From Callorhinchus milii (taxonomy: Eukaryota), in contig NW_024704743.1 in the NCBI RefSeq assembly GCF_018977255.1, positions 2,108,001-2,170,000 on the forward strand: 62,000 bases of DNA, written 5' to 3'. The translations under genes were made by a program, and so were the position numbers. The first letter of the stretch is position 1. Every line of letters starts with the position of its first letter. The notes under the pieces were generated by a model. The model did no database searches and was not told where the DNA came from. It saw nothing but the letters and a program-made list of their open reading frames with translations. Shown here in pieces: positions 50,001 to 62,000 of this stretch.

Positions 50001-50784
50001 ATTGGAGAGTTCAGTTTGACGTTGAAAGTGCTGGTTTATCAAAGTACTGAATGTGTGTTGCTGTTGATATAGCTGCATACTACATTCTAGATTCTCACGG
50101 CATTTGGGGATTCCAGGATTAATTCTTTCAACTTTGTTCAATTTATATTGGTGTCATGATATGAGATAGTACTTAAACTGAGATAACTGCATGATGAGCA
50201 ATTGGTACACATCATAGAACATGGGATATCTTCTTCATGGCCTTGGTATTGGTTAAGATTGGGTATTTGAATCCTTCACAGATTTATTAATAGTTGTACG
50301 TAACCCTTTTTATGTTTTCAGATGTGAGAAGTTCATGAATGAAGAGTTGTAAAATGTTACAGTTTAATCAGATATTTTGAAGCTTATTGTTGGAAAACCT
50401 GTACAATTGTTGTATTTCTATATATATTCATGCACAGAATTTAATATATAGCTAAGGTTTAGAAAGGTTATTATAATGGCTTGTGAGGCACTGTTCCTGT
50501 AGTTTAATAGTTAATCACTTGCCTTGCAAGTGAGAGGAACTTGGTTCGATTCCCGACAGGATGAAATGTTGGGCAAGTTTGCCAAGAAGTAAGTATTTCT
50601 TGGAAGATTTGCTGTCCATTGTTGTGATGTAGGCCTCAACTTCTGTCAGTAGATGGGGCAGTAAAAGAGATGGAGAATTGCTGTCCACCCATGCTGAAAA
50701 AGTTGAAAATGCCGGTCCAGGTCTTGTTAATTAGTCCTATAGTTTTTAAAGGAGTAACTCTGTGACTCGATGCTATACAGTACA

Positions 50785-51235
50785 AATTTACATTTATATA
50801 GCGTTTCTCACGTCAGGAGGCTGTCCCTTCCCTCGCCTTCAAAGCCCTCTATGATCTTGCTCCTTCCTACTCTGTGACCTGCTAACCCCATATCAACCTG
50901 TCCGTTCCCTCCGCTCAGTGGCCTCCGACCTGCTCTACGTCCCTCTCCCAGCCCACCCCACCATCTGCAGGCAGGCCTTCAGTCTCTCTGCCCCCACACC
51001 CTGGCACTCCACCCCACAGTCCCTATGCCTCGCTCCCTTTCTGCCTCCTTTAAGGAACCTCTTAAGACCCTCCTCTTTGACCATGCCTTCGGCCACCCTA
51101 CAATTGGTACCCTCCCTGCATCCATTCCTCTTGATCCCAACCACCAGCTCGGGCCCAAATCCTTGACTGTCCAACACCTTGGGATGTCCTCTCGACGTGA
51201 AAGTCGCTATACAAATGTAATTTGTTGTTGTTGTC
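50785..51235 (+). mobile_element. L2 LINE 3' fragment preceded by an inverted tail piece
   Basis: 50825-51235 is an L2 3' end finishing ...gtgaaagtcgctatacaaatgtaatttgttgttgttg. 50785-50827 is the same tail in the opposite orientation. Confidence 0.85.
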
Positions 51236-53156
51236 CCAAGGCACTTGACAGTCCTTGTTTGACATCTGCGTTGAGGGTGGGGAGGAGAAAGATGTCTGAA
51301 TGCTATAGTAATCGATAGTGCGTGGATTGGCTTATTTTGACAACTTACAAAAACTAGTTGTGCAAAATGAAGGAACATGATGATAAATTGAATAAGTGGA
51401 ATTCAAAATGAAAAGGGGAAACATTTAGAAGAATGACTTCTAAAAATTAATGTTAAAACTTATACAAAGCAAATTTGAGTCACCCAATAGAGGAATATAA
51501 ACAACTGGGGAAAGCAATGAAATTTGACATAGAGATTTTCTACGTGGAATGAGAAACATAATTTGTTTCAACAAGCTTAGTCCTTCAAAGGTCAGTATCA
51601 AATGTAATTTGAAAAATACTCAAACTGCTGTTTACATAATATTACATCCGCTTCGCAAAGAATCTGTTTAAGAAATGTCAAAGCATTTCACAGTTAATTA
51701 TTATCAAGTTTACCATAATAACTACGTGTGTGTATATATGTGTGTGTACATATAGTGCCCTTCATGCGGGGTAACATGATAAGGCGCTATATCAAATGCA
51801 AGAATTCTTCTTATAAAAGATCTACCAAGATTTAATAAATTCATTTAACAGGCTGCTGTTTTCCTATGTTCCTGGTCTCTTCCAGAAATTCTCTTTTTCA
51901 ATGGTGTGATTTTTAATGTCCATGTTAACTATAAAAGTGTATTAATATCGCTACGGTATAACACAATCTAACTGAGTTCAAATCCTGACATGGGTCTTGA
52001 ACTCATAACCTAACTCGGAGGTAAACATGATAGAACACAGTTTATCTCTCACTAAGAGAAGTAGGTGACGTAGTTACATGCAAACTAAATACTGGAATCT
52101 GAGATATTATTTCCTAACAGAAATCTATCTAATTTGTTCTTGGACGATATTAAATTTTTTACGCTGCATAGCAATCAACCTTTTTACAATTGATGTTTTC
52201 CTCTTCTGGCCTAACACATTTTTAGTTGGAAAAACGTGATCAGCTCCAGCATTAATATGGCTTTAAGTTAAATTATTCTTGTAAATATTTCACCTGCAAA
52301 ATATACAGTCAATTCACTTCACAGTATATTCTGTGAAGTGCTTCGAGATGTCTCAAAGACATGATAAGGCGCTATATCAAATGCAAGGATTATTATTAAG
52401 TGCACCCTTTATTTAAAAATAAGTTATTTTAGTATGTTTTGTCCTTTATCTCTACATGTTCAGGCTAGATCTTTGAAGAACTGCTGAGTAAGAGGTCCAA
52501 TTGAATTGAGTATTGATTGCTGTCATCCTGGAGTACAGTAGATGTATTTACTGTCCACACGCTTGTCATTAAAAATTAGAAGGGTGAGATTATCCGATGT
52601 GTCACAATATTTGAACTTCTGTCCCTAGTTTTGTTTTCTCTGTCTGCTTTGTTGGCTTGTATATTTCCTAATAATCTATAGGGAAAATAATATCAGGGAA
52701 TGATTACAAGGCAGCAATCTAATTGAAGGATTTGGTGTCTCAATTATGAGAGCTGTTAATTCCTCAGCACCTTTTTGCGGGAACTTGTGTGCAAGTTGGC
52801 TACCACGCTTGTCACAAAACAACAAGAACAACAAAATTCATTTGTATAGCATCTTTCATGTCTGGAGGATGTGCCAAGGCGCTGGACAGTCAAGAGTTTC
52901 AGACTGGAGCTGGGGGTTGGGATTGGCGATTAAAATGCATTAAATAACAATTTACGTCCCCAAACTTCCAGAAAAAAATGGATATTATGTAAAATGTTAG
53001 TGGTTGAAGTTGGTTTGATCTGTCAGACTGCTGGAGGATAATTGACAAGTCTGCAGTGTATAATTTCAGTCTTCTCTTTGTGCAATTCAAATGCCTTTTC
53101 AGTGACGATCAGTAAATGATTGATTTCCCAGACTAATTATTGTATGTTTCTTTTAG

Positions 53157-53205
53157 TGATCTTGAAGATGACCTACTTAGTGATGATTGGGGATTAAGCA
53201 AAAAG
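53157..53205 (+). CDS. RBM33: RBM33 coding exon 3
   Basis: Acceptor gtttcttttag and donor gtacgt; 49 nt. Encodes (S)DLEDDLLSDDWGLSKK. Confidence 0.93.
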
Positions 53206-53572
53206 GTACGTTTTTTTTTGTGAAACGAGTGAGTTTACTCAGATCATTAACGATCCTTCTTCCCATATTGTGTTTATCCTTTTTAATATTAATAAAAACT
53301 GCTGGATTCCATCATTAGTATCTAACTTTAAAAACTGCTGGAACATGTATGTACTAATTTATTTGTGAAATCTAAACCAGTTACTGCGAATGAGTTTGTC
53401 TGACAGAGTGAACATTTTAAGCAGATGTTATCTCGTTGTGAACAAAATGTGGTTGAATAGTGTAAAAAGGATTGAATAAGAATTTTCAGGTAGAATGAGC
53501 AGATACAGTTTGAGCATAACATTTTTGTTTCCTTACTTGCTGAATGCGTTTGCCTTCCTCCTCTTTCGTTAG

Positions 53573-53643
53573 AACCAATCTGATTTATCGGACGAAGAAC
53601 TTGATGATAACCTTCTGCAGAGTGATGAAGAACCAAATGAAAG
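53573..53643 (+). CDS. RBM33: RBM33 coding exon 4
   Basis: Acceptor ctctttcgttag and donor gtacaa; 71 nt. Encodes NQSDLSDEELDDNLLQSDEEPNE(S), matching RBM33 NQSDLSDEELNDDLLQSD. Confidence 0.93.
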
Positions 53644-53732
53644 GTACAATAGATTTTCGCGTGTACTTCGTACTCCACTCACTGAGTTTTCACCACTCAG
53701 ATTTGAATTTCAGCCCTATCAGCCCTAACTAC

Positions 53733-53950
53733 TAATAATCCCTCCAAAAAACCAAAAACAATAATTAAATTGGTCATTTTCAATCTACGACTGTTTGTGG
53801 GACATTGCTGTGCGCAATTGGCTGCCGCGTTCGCCCACAAATATACAGTCAATTCACTTTACAGTGTGTTCTGTGAAGCGCTTTGGGACGTCCTCCTGAC
53901 GTGAAAAGCGCTATATCAAATGCAAGGATTATTATTATTATTATTATTAT
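53733..53950 (+). mobile_element. L2-tailed SINE (family A), well-preserved copy
   Basis: aatccctccaaaaaac...caatcYacgactgtttgtgggac...gctgtgcgcaattggctgc...aagcgcttt...gcgctatatcaaatgcaagg(att)n. Near-identical to 22250-22456. Confidence 0.88.
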
Positions 53951-55394
53951 CATCTGGGAGACTTGTGGAGTATGCATTTGGATGTTCGTGTTCTCAAGGG
54001 CTAATGGAATAGTATATTCAGATAAAAAGCTTCTCCAATCATCACTTGCATGCTTAGTAGATATACTCGGGTGTTTTGGTTTGCACTAGGTACCTATTCC
54101 AGAGATAAGGAGCCACATTCCTGTGCACCATTCACTTCAGCGGGCAGACTGTCTGTTAGATTAATTTGCTGTTGATACTAAACTGCTTCTGTGGGTGTGA
54201 AAACTGCACACCTGCTTTGTAGTCGATGCTGTTTACACTGGATAACCAGGAGTTTGTTCTGGTGGTGCTGTAGAGCTGAGCTTATTGACAACCAGCCATT
54301 GATTTGTTGCTTCTGGCCTTTTGCAAACTGGGCAGCAGCGTTTACTGATTGTTTTCCTTTTCCAGTCAGTGTGATTAAAAGGCCCTTGGTGCTAGCCAGT
54401 ACCTAAAATCTGAATTGAGTAGTGGTGACAAGTTATTAATATCTATGGTTTGCAATTGCTTGCCTGAGTGTAACATTTTCTAGTACTTTGCTTCAACCTC
54501 GGCTTTGGAGACTTTTATCTCCTCTGTATTTTTAACGTTCTGGACACTTCGGAATCTGATTTGTGGTAAACGAACACAATTAAGCTGTGTATTAAATTTG
54601 CTTTGCTGTTGGTTGGTGCTTTAATTTGGTAAAGTAGGTGCTTTTGTGATCACCCAATTTGTAAAATATCGGTCAAGAATTGACTTTCCATTTACTCAAA
54701 TTCTCATTTACTCAGCAGGTGTAGATGGAATTTTTAAAGCAGGATTTCTTGTGGCTCCCATGAGAATTTCTGCCAGTTACTTTACAGAGCAAAACTCCTT
54801 CCATTTTCAGCAAATAGGTTTTCATGTCAATTCTGTTAGCTGCTCTCAGCACATCTGATGTGTTCACAATGCATTTGACTTGAATTTTCAAAAGAACCTA
54901 ATTTGGGACTATATCTCTTTTTTGAATTAACTTTTTTGATGACCGCTTGATAATCTTTTTTTAAATTACTACATCATAATGCCAATTTTTTTTTGAAGGT
55001 TGCATTTCAACAACTTAAGATTTGAATGAATTTTAGATATCCTGAATTGAAGGCTATCTGTGTGCAATTGGCAGTCAATCCACTTTACAATATATTCTGT
55101 GAAGCCCTTTGAGCCATCTCAACGACGTGATAAGGCTGTATATCAAATGCAAGGATTAGTATTATTGTAAATCCTCAAGTTGTTTTTCTACAGCAGCTTT
55201 ATTTTGATATTTTTCAGGTTAACTGTTTCTTAACCCAACTAGGGAATGTAACATTGGGCGCTCCTTTTTACTAAAAATTCAACTGGTTATCTTGACTTTA
55301 GGACTACAGAACTAAACTCTTAAAAAATATTCAAATGTCAGCTTTTCAGGGCCTTATTTTTGAGCATTTTCTAACAGAAGTATAAGCTAGTGAT

Positions 55395-55655
55395 TAGGGG
55401 ATGTGTGGGGGGTGTCTAAAAGGGAATTTAGTGGAAACTACTTCAGAGGGTAGTGAGTTTGAGGAACTTGCTGGCTGAAACATTGGTTGAATCATATAAT
55501 ATAGGTGCATTCAAAAGGATGCTAGACATTCACATGAAGGAGAGGGGAATAGAAAAACATGGAGGGGAGTAAGAAGTGGGTGGAGGCCTGTGTGAAGTAT
55601 AAACATGGACTGGTTGGGTCGAGTGGACTGTTTCCATGTGGTAAATTCTTTGTAA
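55395..55655 (+). mobile_element. CR1-like LINE 3' end
   Basis: cagagggtagtgagtttgaggaacttgctggctgaa...gcattcaaaaggatgctagacattcacatg...ggactggttgggtcgagtggactgtttccatgtggtaaattc. More decayed CR1-like ends at ~26700-26870, 35850-35990 and 59700-59850. Confidence 0.65.
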
Positions 55656-57139
55656 ATCTAATCTTAGATTACTTCAGATGCATAGAACTGGAATGTAATA
55701 TAGTTTGAGAAAAGATGCATCTCATCAATCGTACTAGCATTTTATATTAGCCCTTTTATCACATCAAAATGTCTTGAAAAGCATTTTTGTTGAGTTGAGC
55801 AAATACAGCCCTGTTTCATGTTGACTGCTCAATCAGCCCATCATTGCTGGGCAAGAACATCACTGAACCCCTCAGTAACTTAACTGGAATTTCAGCCTGT
55901 CCAATTATATTTTGGGATCCCTGCCGTATCTGATCATAGACTTGAAAAATAACCATTGTTAGAGAAAATCAAACAACAAAAACTTGCATTTATAAAGCAC
56001 CCCCTCAAGCAGGATAGCGTTCCGGGGTGCTTCATCCAACCCAACAACTATTATTTGCAATTGTTTAGAGCCTTTCATGTAGTTAAATAAAGAATCCAAA
56101 TGCTTTCAATGGATATAGTGCCTTATTATGTTGTTGGGATGTCTCCCAAATGCTTCATAGGTCTTTACTATAAAGTACAGTGACTGCGTGTTTGTAGGTG
56201 AATACAACATCCAGATTAAATTCAAGATTGTTTTAGAAATTTTCAGCGTTGGAGAAAGCTATTTCGTCCATTGTGTCAGTCAATTGGTAATCACATTTTT
56301 TGTTCGTTTGATTGCCATTTTGCCAGTCGAACTTGCCAATGAATTTTCAAACTAATTCCAGAGACCAGCCAGACTTTCTTGCTCTGTGCCTTGCTTCTTA
56401 TCACTGCTGCTTGGAAAAAATGTCTGTCCTGTCTGTGTACATGTCTGTAAAATTTGAATCAGCACAATATATGTTGCTATAGAGCAATTCAGCACTATTA
56501 ATTCGACAGCTCCACAAAGTGCTCACTTGTTTCATGTCTGATATCCGTTCTCACAGAAATCAGACAATAGATGTTGAGGCTGATAAAGATGGAGATATTA
56601 CATGAGTTTAGGTGTGATAAGAAATGGCAATGACAAAGCACATGTTCTTGGGTGTATTCACTGTTTATATATTTATAGAAGATTCTTTTCTTTGATGGGT
56701 GTTAATTTTAGGTTCCATCTGCCTTGTGATTCATAAAGTTGGACATAAAGTGGAGTCTTTCTTCTGGTTATCTTGACTTATTTTCCCCTCATCATCTAAA
56801 TTCATCCCCAAGTTCAAATTAATTGGATGCTCATCTCATTATTTGCAGATATTGCTGGTGCGGTTAATGTATTTGTCTATATAACGCCATTCACTTCATT
56901 TCTCATCAAATATTAAATTGCTTTGAGATGTTTATGTGGAAGATGCTATAAAAATGCAAGTGCAAGGATTAAACTTGTTATGGCACCTCATGTCAAAGTT
57001 GTACAATATTCATGCAATGTTGTGAAATTTTAAAAAGCATTCCTAAAATCAAAGATTTAAATATGTTTATGTATGGAGTATCAGGATTTTATTTTATGAC
57101 TACCCCATCAGCGTTCTTAAGTTTTAAGCCAATAATAGA

Positions 57140-57300
57140 TTGGTCACTCAATCCACAAATATTTATGGGACTCAGCTTTATGCGCAATTGGCTGCAGCGT
57201 TTCACCCACAAAATACACAGTCACTACACTTACACTATTGTGAAGCGCTTTGAGACTTCTCTAAGACGCGAAAAGACATATCAAATGCAAGGATTATTTT
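57140..57300 (+). mobile_element. Family A SINE
   Basis: Same body and tail. Shorter + copies at ~38970-39075, 45975-46082, 52288-52398, 55058-55165 and 61890-61922. Confidence 0.8.
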
Positions 57301-60300
57301 TATTGTTCTTTGTGGTTGGATACTGCAGAGAAAATTATTTGTTTAAGGCGCTATACAAATGTAATTTGTTTTTTCTGAGGTATTTCATGAAAAAGACAAG
57401 TTGGAGGGGTTTTTTTATGATGCAAAAACTTAACTTTACTCTTAACCGTCTGAACAGCTCAAGCTATTAAAATAGTGTAACCTTCAATTTGAACCTGTGT
57501 TAACTGTATTGTTTACTAAACTATTCACTGTGAGAATGCCATTACTGTTGTCAAATAAGTCTGCATTAATAAGACTGCAGGAAAAAGTTAGAATTTTTTT
57601 ATCAAAGTTTTGAAACCCAGCTCCAGACTGGAAAACCTGTTTTGCTTGATAGATTTGCATTTGAAGCAAAAAAAATAATAATAATGATAATCCTTGCATT
57701 TAATATAGTGCCTGAACATGTCTTGGAGATGCTCAAAGCACTTCAGACTATATTGCCCACGAATATACAGTCAATTCACTTTACAGTATTACACTTTGAG
57801 ATGTCTCAAGACATAAGGCGCTATATCAGATGCAAGGATTATTATTATTTATTACTATTGCTGTAAAGTGAATTGACAGTATATGTTGGTTGAGTAAAGA
57901 TTTCATGATCTATGCATAAAAATCCATTGCAGTGGTTTAAGAACAATTTATTCGGATCTTTAATCTCATCTTTAATAACTTCTGTGTTTGGATTTCAAGG
58001 AAAGGGTGTGAAGTCATGTACAAAGTTGATTTGTGTCTGCTGTTATGGTAGCAACTTTGGGTAGTTTGAAAATGATCCTCGTTCACTGTACCAAATGTCA
58101 GGATTATTAAGGAACATTGTGCTATTATTATGTCATATAGCGCATTTCATGTTGGACTTCACAGGATTTCATGTAAAGTGTAGTGACTATATTATAGGTG
58201 AATGCAGCATTGGCAATATGAAGGTAGATCCCAAAATATTTCAAGACTTTCTCAAAACATCATTGGAAAACAGTTCATCTGAATTTTGATCGACTTACAA
58301 TTTAATAGTTTAATAGTTTGGCAGAAGGCATTATTAGGCATGTTATATTTTAAATTTGTTCTTGTGTTACATTGGAGTAATATTTAATGCAAAAATATTG
58401 TCCGTGTGCTTAGCTGCGTGTTGACCATTGCAAGTAGTACTTGAGTAAGCAGTGAGAATCTCAGAACAAAGCACAGCCCAACAGTGAGAATATTACTTCA
58501 TTATATTCTACATTTGCTGACCTTTTCAAAAGTTGAATATCCATGGCTTCTCATAAAATTTAATTTGTTTCAGAAAACATTAATTTAAAATGGATATAGG
58601 ATGGGAAATATTAAAACAAATAGCAGCAGTGCCCATTTGTCATTCACCCACTTGGCTCTCGTTACTGCTCCACTAGTTGTCTATTTTTCTTTTTTTCACT
58701 GCTTTCTAAAACCTGAACAGGTTGATTATGGCTCAAATTCCGAATACTTTTTTTTAAGTGTGAATTTTTAGTTTTGGTTAGGGTTATCTTTGTTTTTAAC
58801 GGTTATATCTTAAAAGGGTTACACTTCAGTTATATTGAGAATTGGTAATGTGGAGAGATTGAGGCACCTTGAACAGAAATTATCTCTTCCCTGACACATT
58901 ATCTTTCAAATAAAAAATTGGACTGATAATGAGAGTGGCTTATAATTCAGTTTTTGTTTGGGTGGATGTGGCATTAAAGGAACTTTAGTTTATGATTTAA
59001 AAGCAATAACATCTGCCTTTGAATTTTTCCTCCAGCACTTATTTTCTCTCAATGAGTGTTGAAATAATGATGGTGGAGGTGTGTGTGTGGTGTGTGTTGG
59101 GGGGCGGAGATTTGTTGTTAAATTCATCCATAAATTTGTATTTGCCATCTAAGTAACTTCATTCGACTGTAACCATTCTTTTTTTTAATTGAGATCCAGG
59201 TTAAGACTCAAGTGCAGGTTAGCTGAAAAGAGGGTATTTTGTTCATACTGTTATGGAAATTTGACGTTTTAAAATAGCTGGTTCTGTACAATTGTATGTA
59301 CTTCTCATGCTGTCTCTATGCTGGTTATTTTGTCAAACTGCTGGTCTGAGAGTTGGCCTGTGTGCAGACATTTTAGAAGAAATCATTCCCCAGTTTTGTC
59401 ACTGAAGAAAGGATCGTCTACAAAATGACAGCTCCTAAACTGTTTCTGACCATCAATTCAAAATCTTGTACGACAGAAGTAGGAAAAAGAGATAAATACC
59501 AATTTAGGATAGGGCATATTCTTATAGATTTCCTTTCTTCCTTGAAACAAACTCTCATCATGTGTATGTTTAAGTACAAATATATATTCTCCAAAAACAC
59601 TAATCACAAATGTAATACATTTTTAAAAATCCAGACAAAATGAGATTTTGTAGTAAACAGTATAGAGACCAAACTATCAGACAGCACAAGTGGTGGAATT
59701 ATGTACTGTGAATGGTTCTAAAACTATACTGGTTTATAGAAGTTTTCAGAAATTTAGGATCATTATAGATGTGTCAAAGGAATGTTTTGGATAGTTGAGT
59801 AGGTAGACTAGACAGATTAATAGTCTACTCTTGCCTGAAACTGTTACTGTGACTCTAGTAGAAATTCTCGTTAAGCACTGAAAAGGAGCACTGTAAACAG
59901 CATTGCAATAATGGTGATCAAGGAATACATTTATGCGTCTTGCTTAAGATACTTGCTATTCTCATCTGATTTGATGAGATTTAATGTTTCTAATAGGTGA
60001 CATTTGTTGTTACCCCGGTATGGAATCTCAATTTAGAATACAAAATTAAAACAATACAGATTAGTTGCATACAGTTTTGTTAACAACGTGCGTTTATAGC
60101 ACGCCTGACACATTTCGAAACCAGAAACGTTTCGAAGTACCTTCCAGAATGAAATTAATTGGAATTGTAGTAAATGTAGAGGCTAAACACAGCAGATAAT
60201 TAGCACAAACAATGTCCTAAAGAGAATGAGATGAGTAGGCAATTAATTGCAAGTTTTGAGGTGAATTTATATGAGGAGGAAAATTAAGTCAAAATAACCT

Positions 60301-60454
60301 GGGGGGCAACCCATGTTTCTTGGATATAGTGGAAGGGTGGGGGCAGATGGAACCTAAATTAATGACTTGATCGAAAAACGAATGACAACCCAGAAATCAA
60401 ATAAATATACAAATATATTTTGTAATTAATCTAGAATATTCTGCAGCAGCAACA

Positions 60455-60635
60455 TCCCTCCAAAAAAAATCTGGTCAATCAATCCACGACTGTTTGTGGG
60501 ACGCTGCTGTGCATAATTCGCTGCTGCGTTTTGCCCACAAAATATCCAGTTCATTCACTTTACAATACATTCTGTGAAGCACTTTGAGATGTCTTGATGA
60601 CGTGGTAAGGCGCTGTATCAAATCAAGGATTATTA
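60455..60635 (+). mobile_element. Family A SINE
   Basis: catccctccaaaaaaaatctggtcaatcaatccacgactgtttgtggg... plus tail. Confidence 0.85.
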
Positions 60636-60796
60636 ATAACAATTAAGAAATTAAATAAACAAATAAGATAATCCTATTATCCAATTCACTTTACTATTTG
60701 TGATTAGTAAAACGTTGAACACAAGCATTTTCTTAAATCTTTGATTTCTTCTGCAATCTTGTCTTAAGCGTGTAATATAAATGTTCTATCTTTCAG

Positions 60797-61124
60797 TTAT
60801 GAAGGTGAATATGTTGAATTCAATGCCTCGGCATCTTTAGAACTGTCCAAAAGTATTGACAAAGGTACAGAAGAGCTATTTGAATATGCAGAGCAAGACC
60901 CATATGATCAGAATACGGCCCTTGAAGATGTAGAGGACGCACCAGGGGGAGAAGAATTGGAAGGTTACTCTCAGGATGACTATACTGAAGAAGGTGTGCA
61001 GTATGAAGGCGATGAGGCAGTGGAGGACCAAGTGGATTACACGGGAGAGCAGGGTGAAGACGAGATGTACAATGATGAAGTGCTAGACCTTGAAATCAAT
61101 GACCCTCTAGATGATGAATTTCAA
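60797..61124 (+). CDS. RBM33: RBM33 coding exon 5 (acidic region; gene continues beyond window)
   Basis: Acceptor ttctatctttcag and donor gtaagc; 328 nt open in frame. Reads YEGEYVEFNASASLELSKS...EMYNDEVLDLEINDPLDDEFQ (includes ORF 60957..61157), matching RBM33 YTDEVLDIEINEPLDEF. Confidence 0.93.
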
Positions 61125-62000
61125 GTAAGCCCTTTTCTCTTGTATCATTTCAGATAACACTTCATCACCAGGGTCCAGGCTGATTTTAAAACTATTTTTG
61201 TCCCAGGGGAGGTGTGAAAATTAGACCTATTATCACTCGCTGTCAGTTTCTTTATCTCTTGTCTGACAAAGTTTATGTTGACAGCTTGTTTGGAGGTAGG
61301 CAATACTCTTCTGACAGGCTTAGAGACTGCTCTGCATTATGACCTTGAGGGTTGTATCTTTGTGGAAAAAGCCTGCTTTGTCTGATGCAGATACACTGCA
61401 ATTGTCAAGCACAGTTAAGGTGAAAGGTTTTTATCAGCAGATTGGATGGGATCTGATTGAGTCCTGTAAAGGTGCATAGATTACTGACCTCTTTAGAATG
61501 TTAATTTTCCAGAAATGATTGATGTTCTTCACCTCCTTTATTTCAGCACATACCAGCTTTAAGCTGAATAAAGAGATTAACTCTTAGCTGTTAAGATGAG
61601 ATCTGGTGTAGAAGCATTTATCATCATTAAGTCAGTAAAACCACATAAGAGTATTTTTGAATTGAAATGGAAATGTCACAATATGAATGCATTATGAATG
61701 TGATTTTCTGTTGGGGGGCGGGTGGGGAGAAGATGAGAAGATAACATTTGTACACTTTTTAAAACCTTTAAAAATATTCCATATTTTTTTAAACTGTGTA
61801 TAAATTGGAAGATTTATTGCACGGGAGGCTTGGTTCAATGTTTATGAATTTGGGAAAAAATAAGCTAAATTGGCTAAATTCAACTCTATAAGGTGCTATA
61901 TCAAATGCAAGGATTATTATTAGTGGAAAAAGTCAGCTAAGATTTCCAAATTATTGTATTGCATTATAACTGGGTTTCACTGTAGTTTTAATGGCAGTAA

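Overview
Vertebrate genomic DNA, most likely from a cartilaginous fish (inferred from the repeat families; a chimaera such as Callorhinchus is plausible but not proven). It matches the conserved EN2-CNPY1-RBM33-SHH neighbourhood. The minus strand carries a complete 5-coding-exon canopy gene (CNPY1; CDS 32809->10506, 558 nt, 185 aa, signal peptide + six-Cys saposin-like domain + C-terminal HTDL). The plus strand carries the first five coding exons of RBM33 (41908->61124), which runs off the right edge. The two genes are divergent, with CpG-rich promoters at about 33.4-33.9 kb and 41.3-42.1 kb. The first ~16.8 kb is almost free of transposons and contains enhancer-like blocks between low-complexity tracts, plus a 67-76 nt minisatellite. 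From ~17 kb onward the DNA is dense in L2 LINE fragments, L2-tailed and Deu-domain SINEs, CR1 ends, a fossil hAT transposase and an I-group-like repeat with a fixed 5' end. I found no prokaryote-type system and no convincing novel protein gene. The best leads are regulatory or RNA-level: a possible CTCF boundary inside CNPY1, a decoy splice acceptor, SINE pairs around RBM33 early exons, and the unclassified repeat family. Exon coordinates were read base by base; repeat boundaries are approximate.
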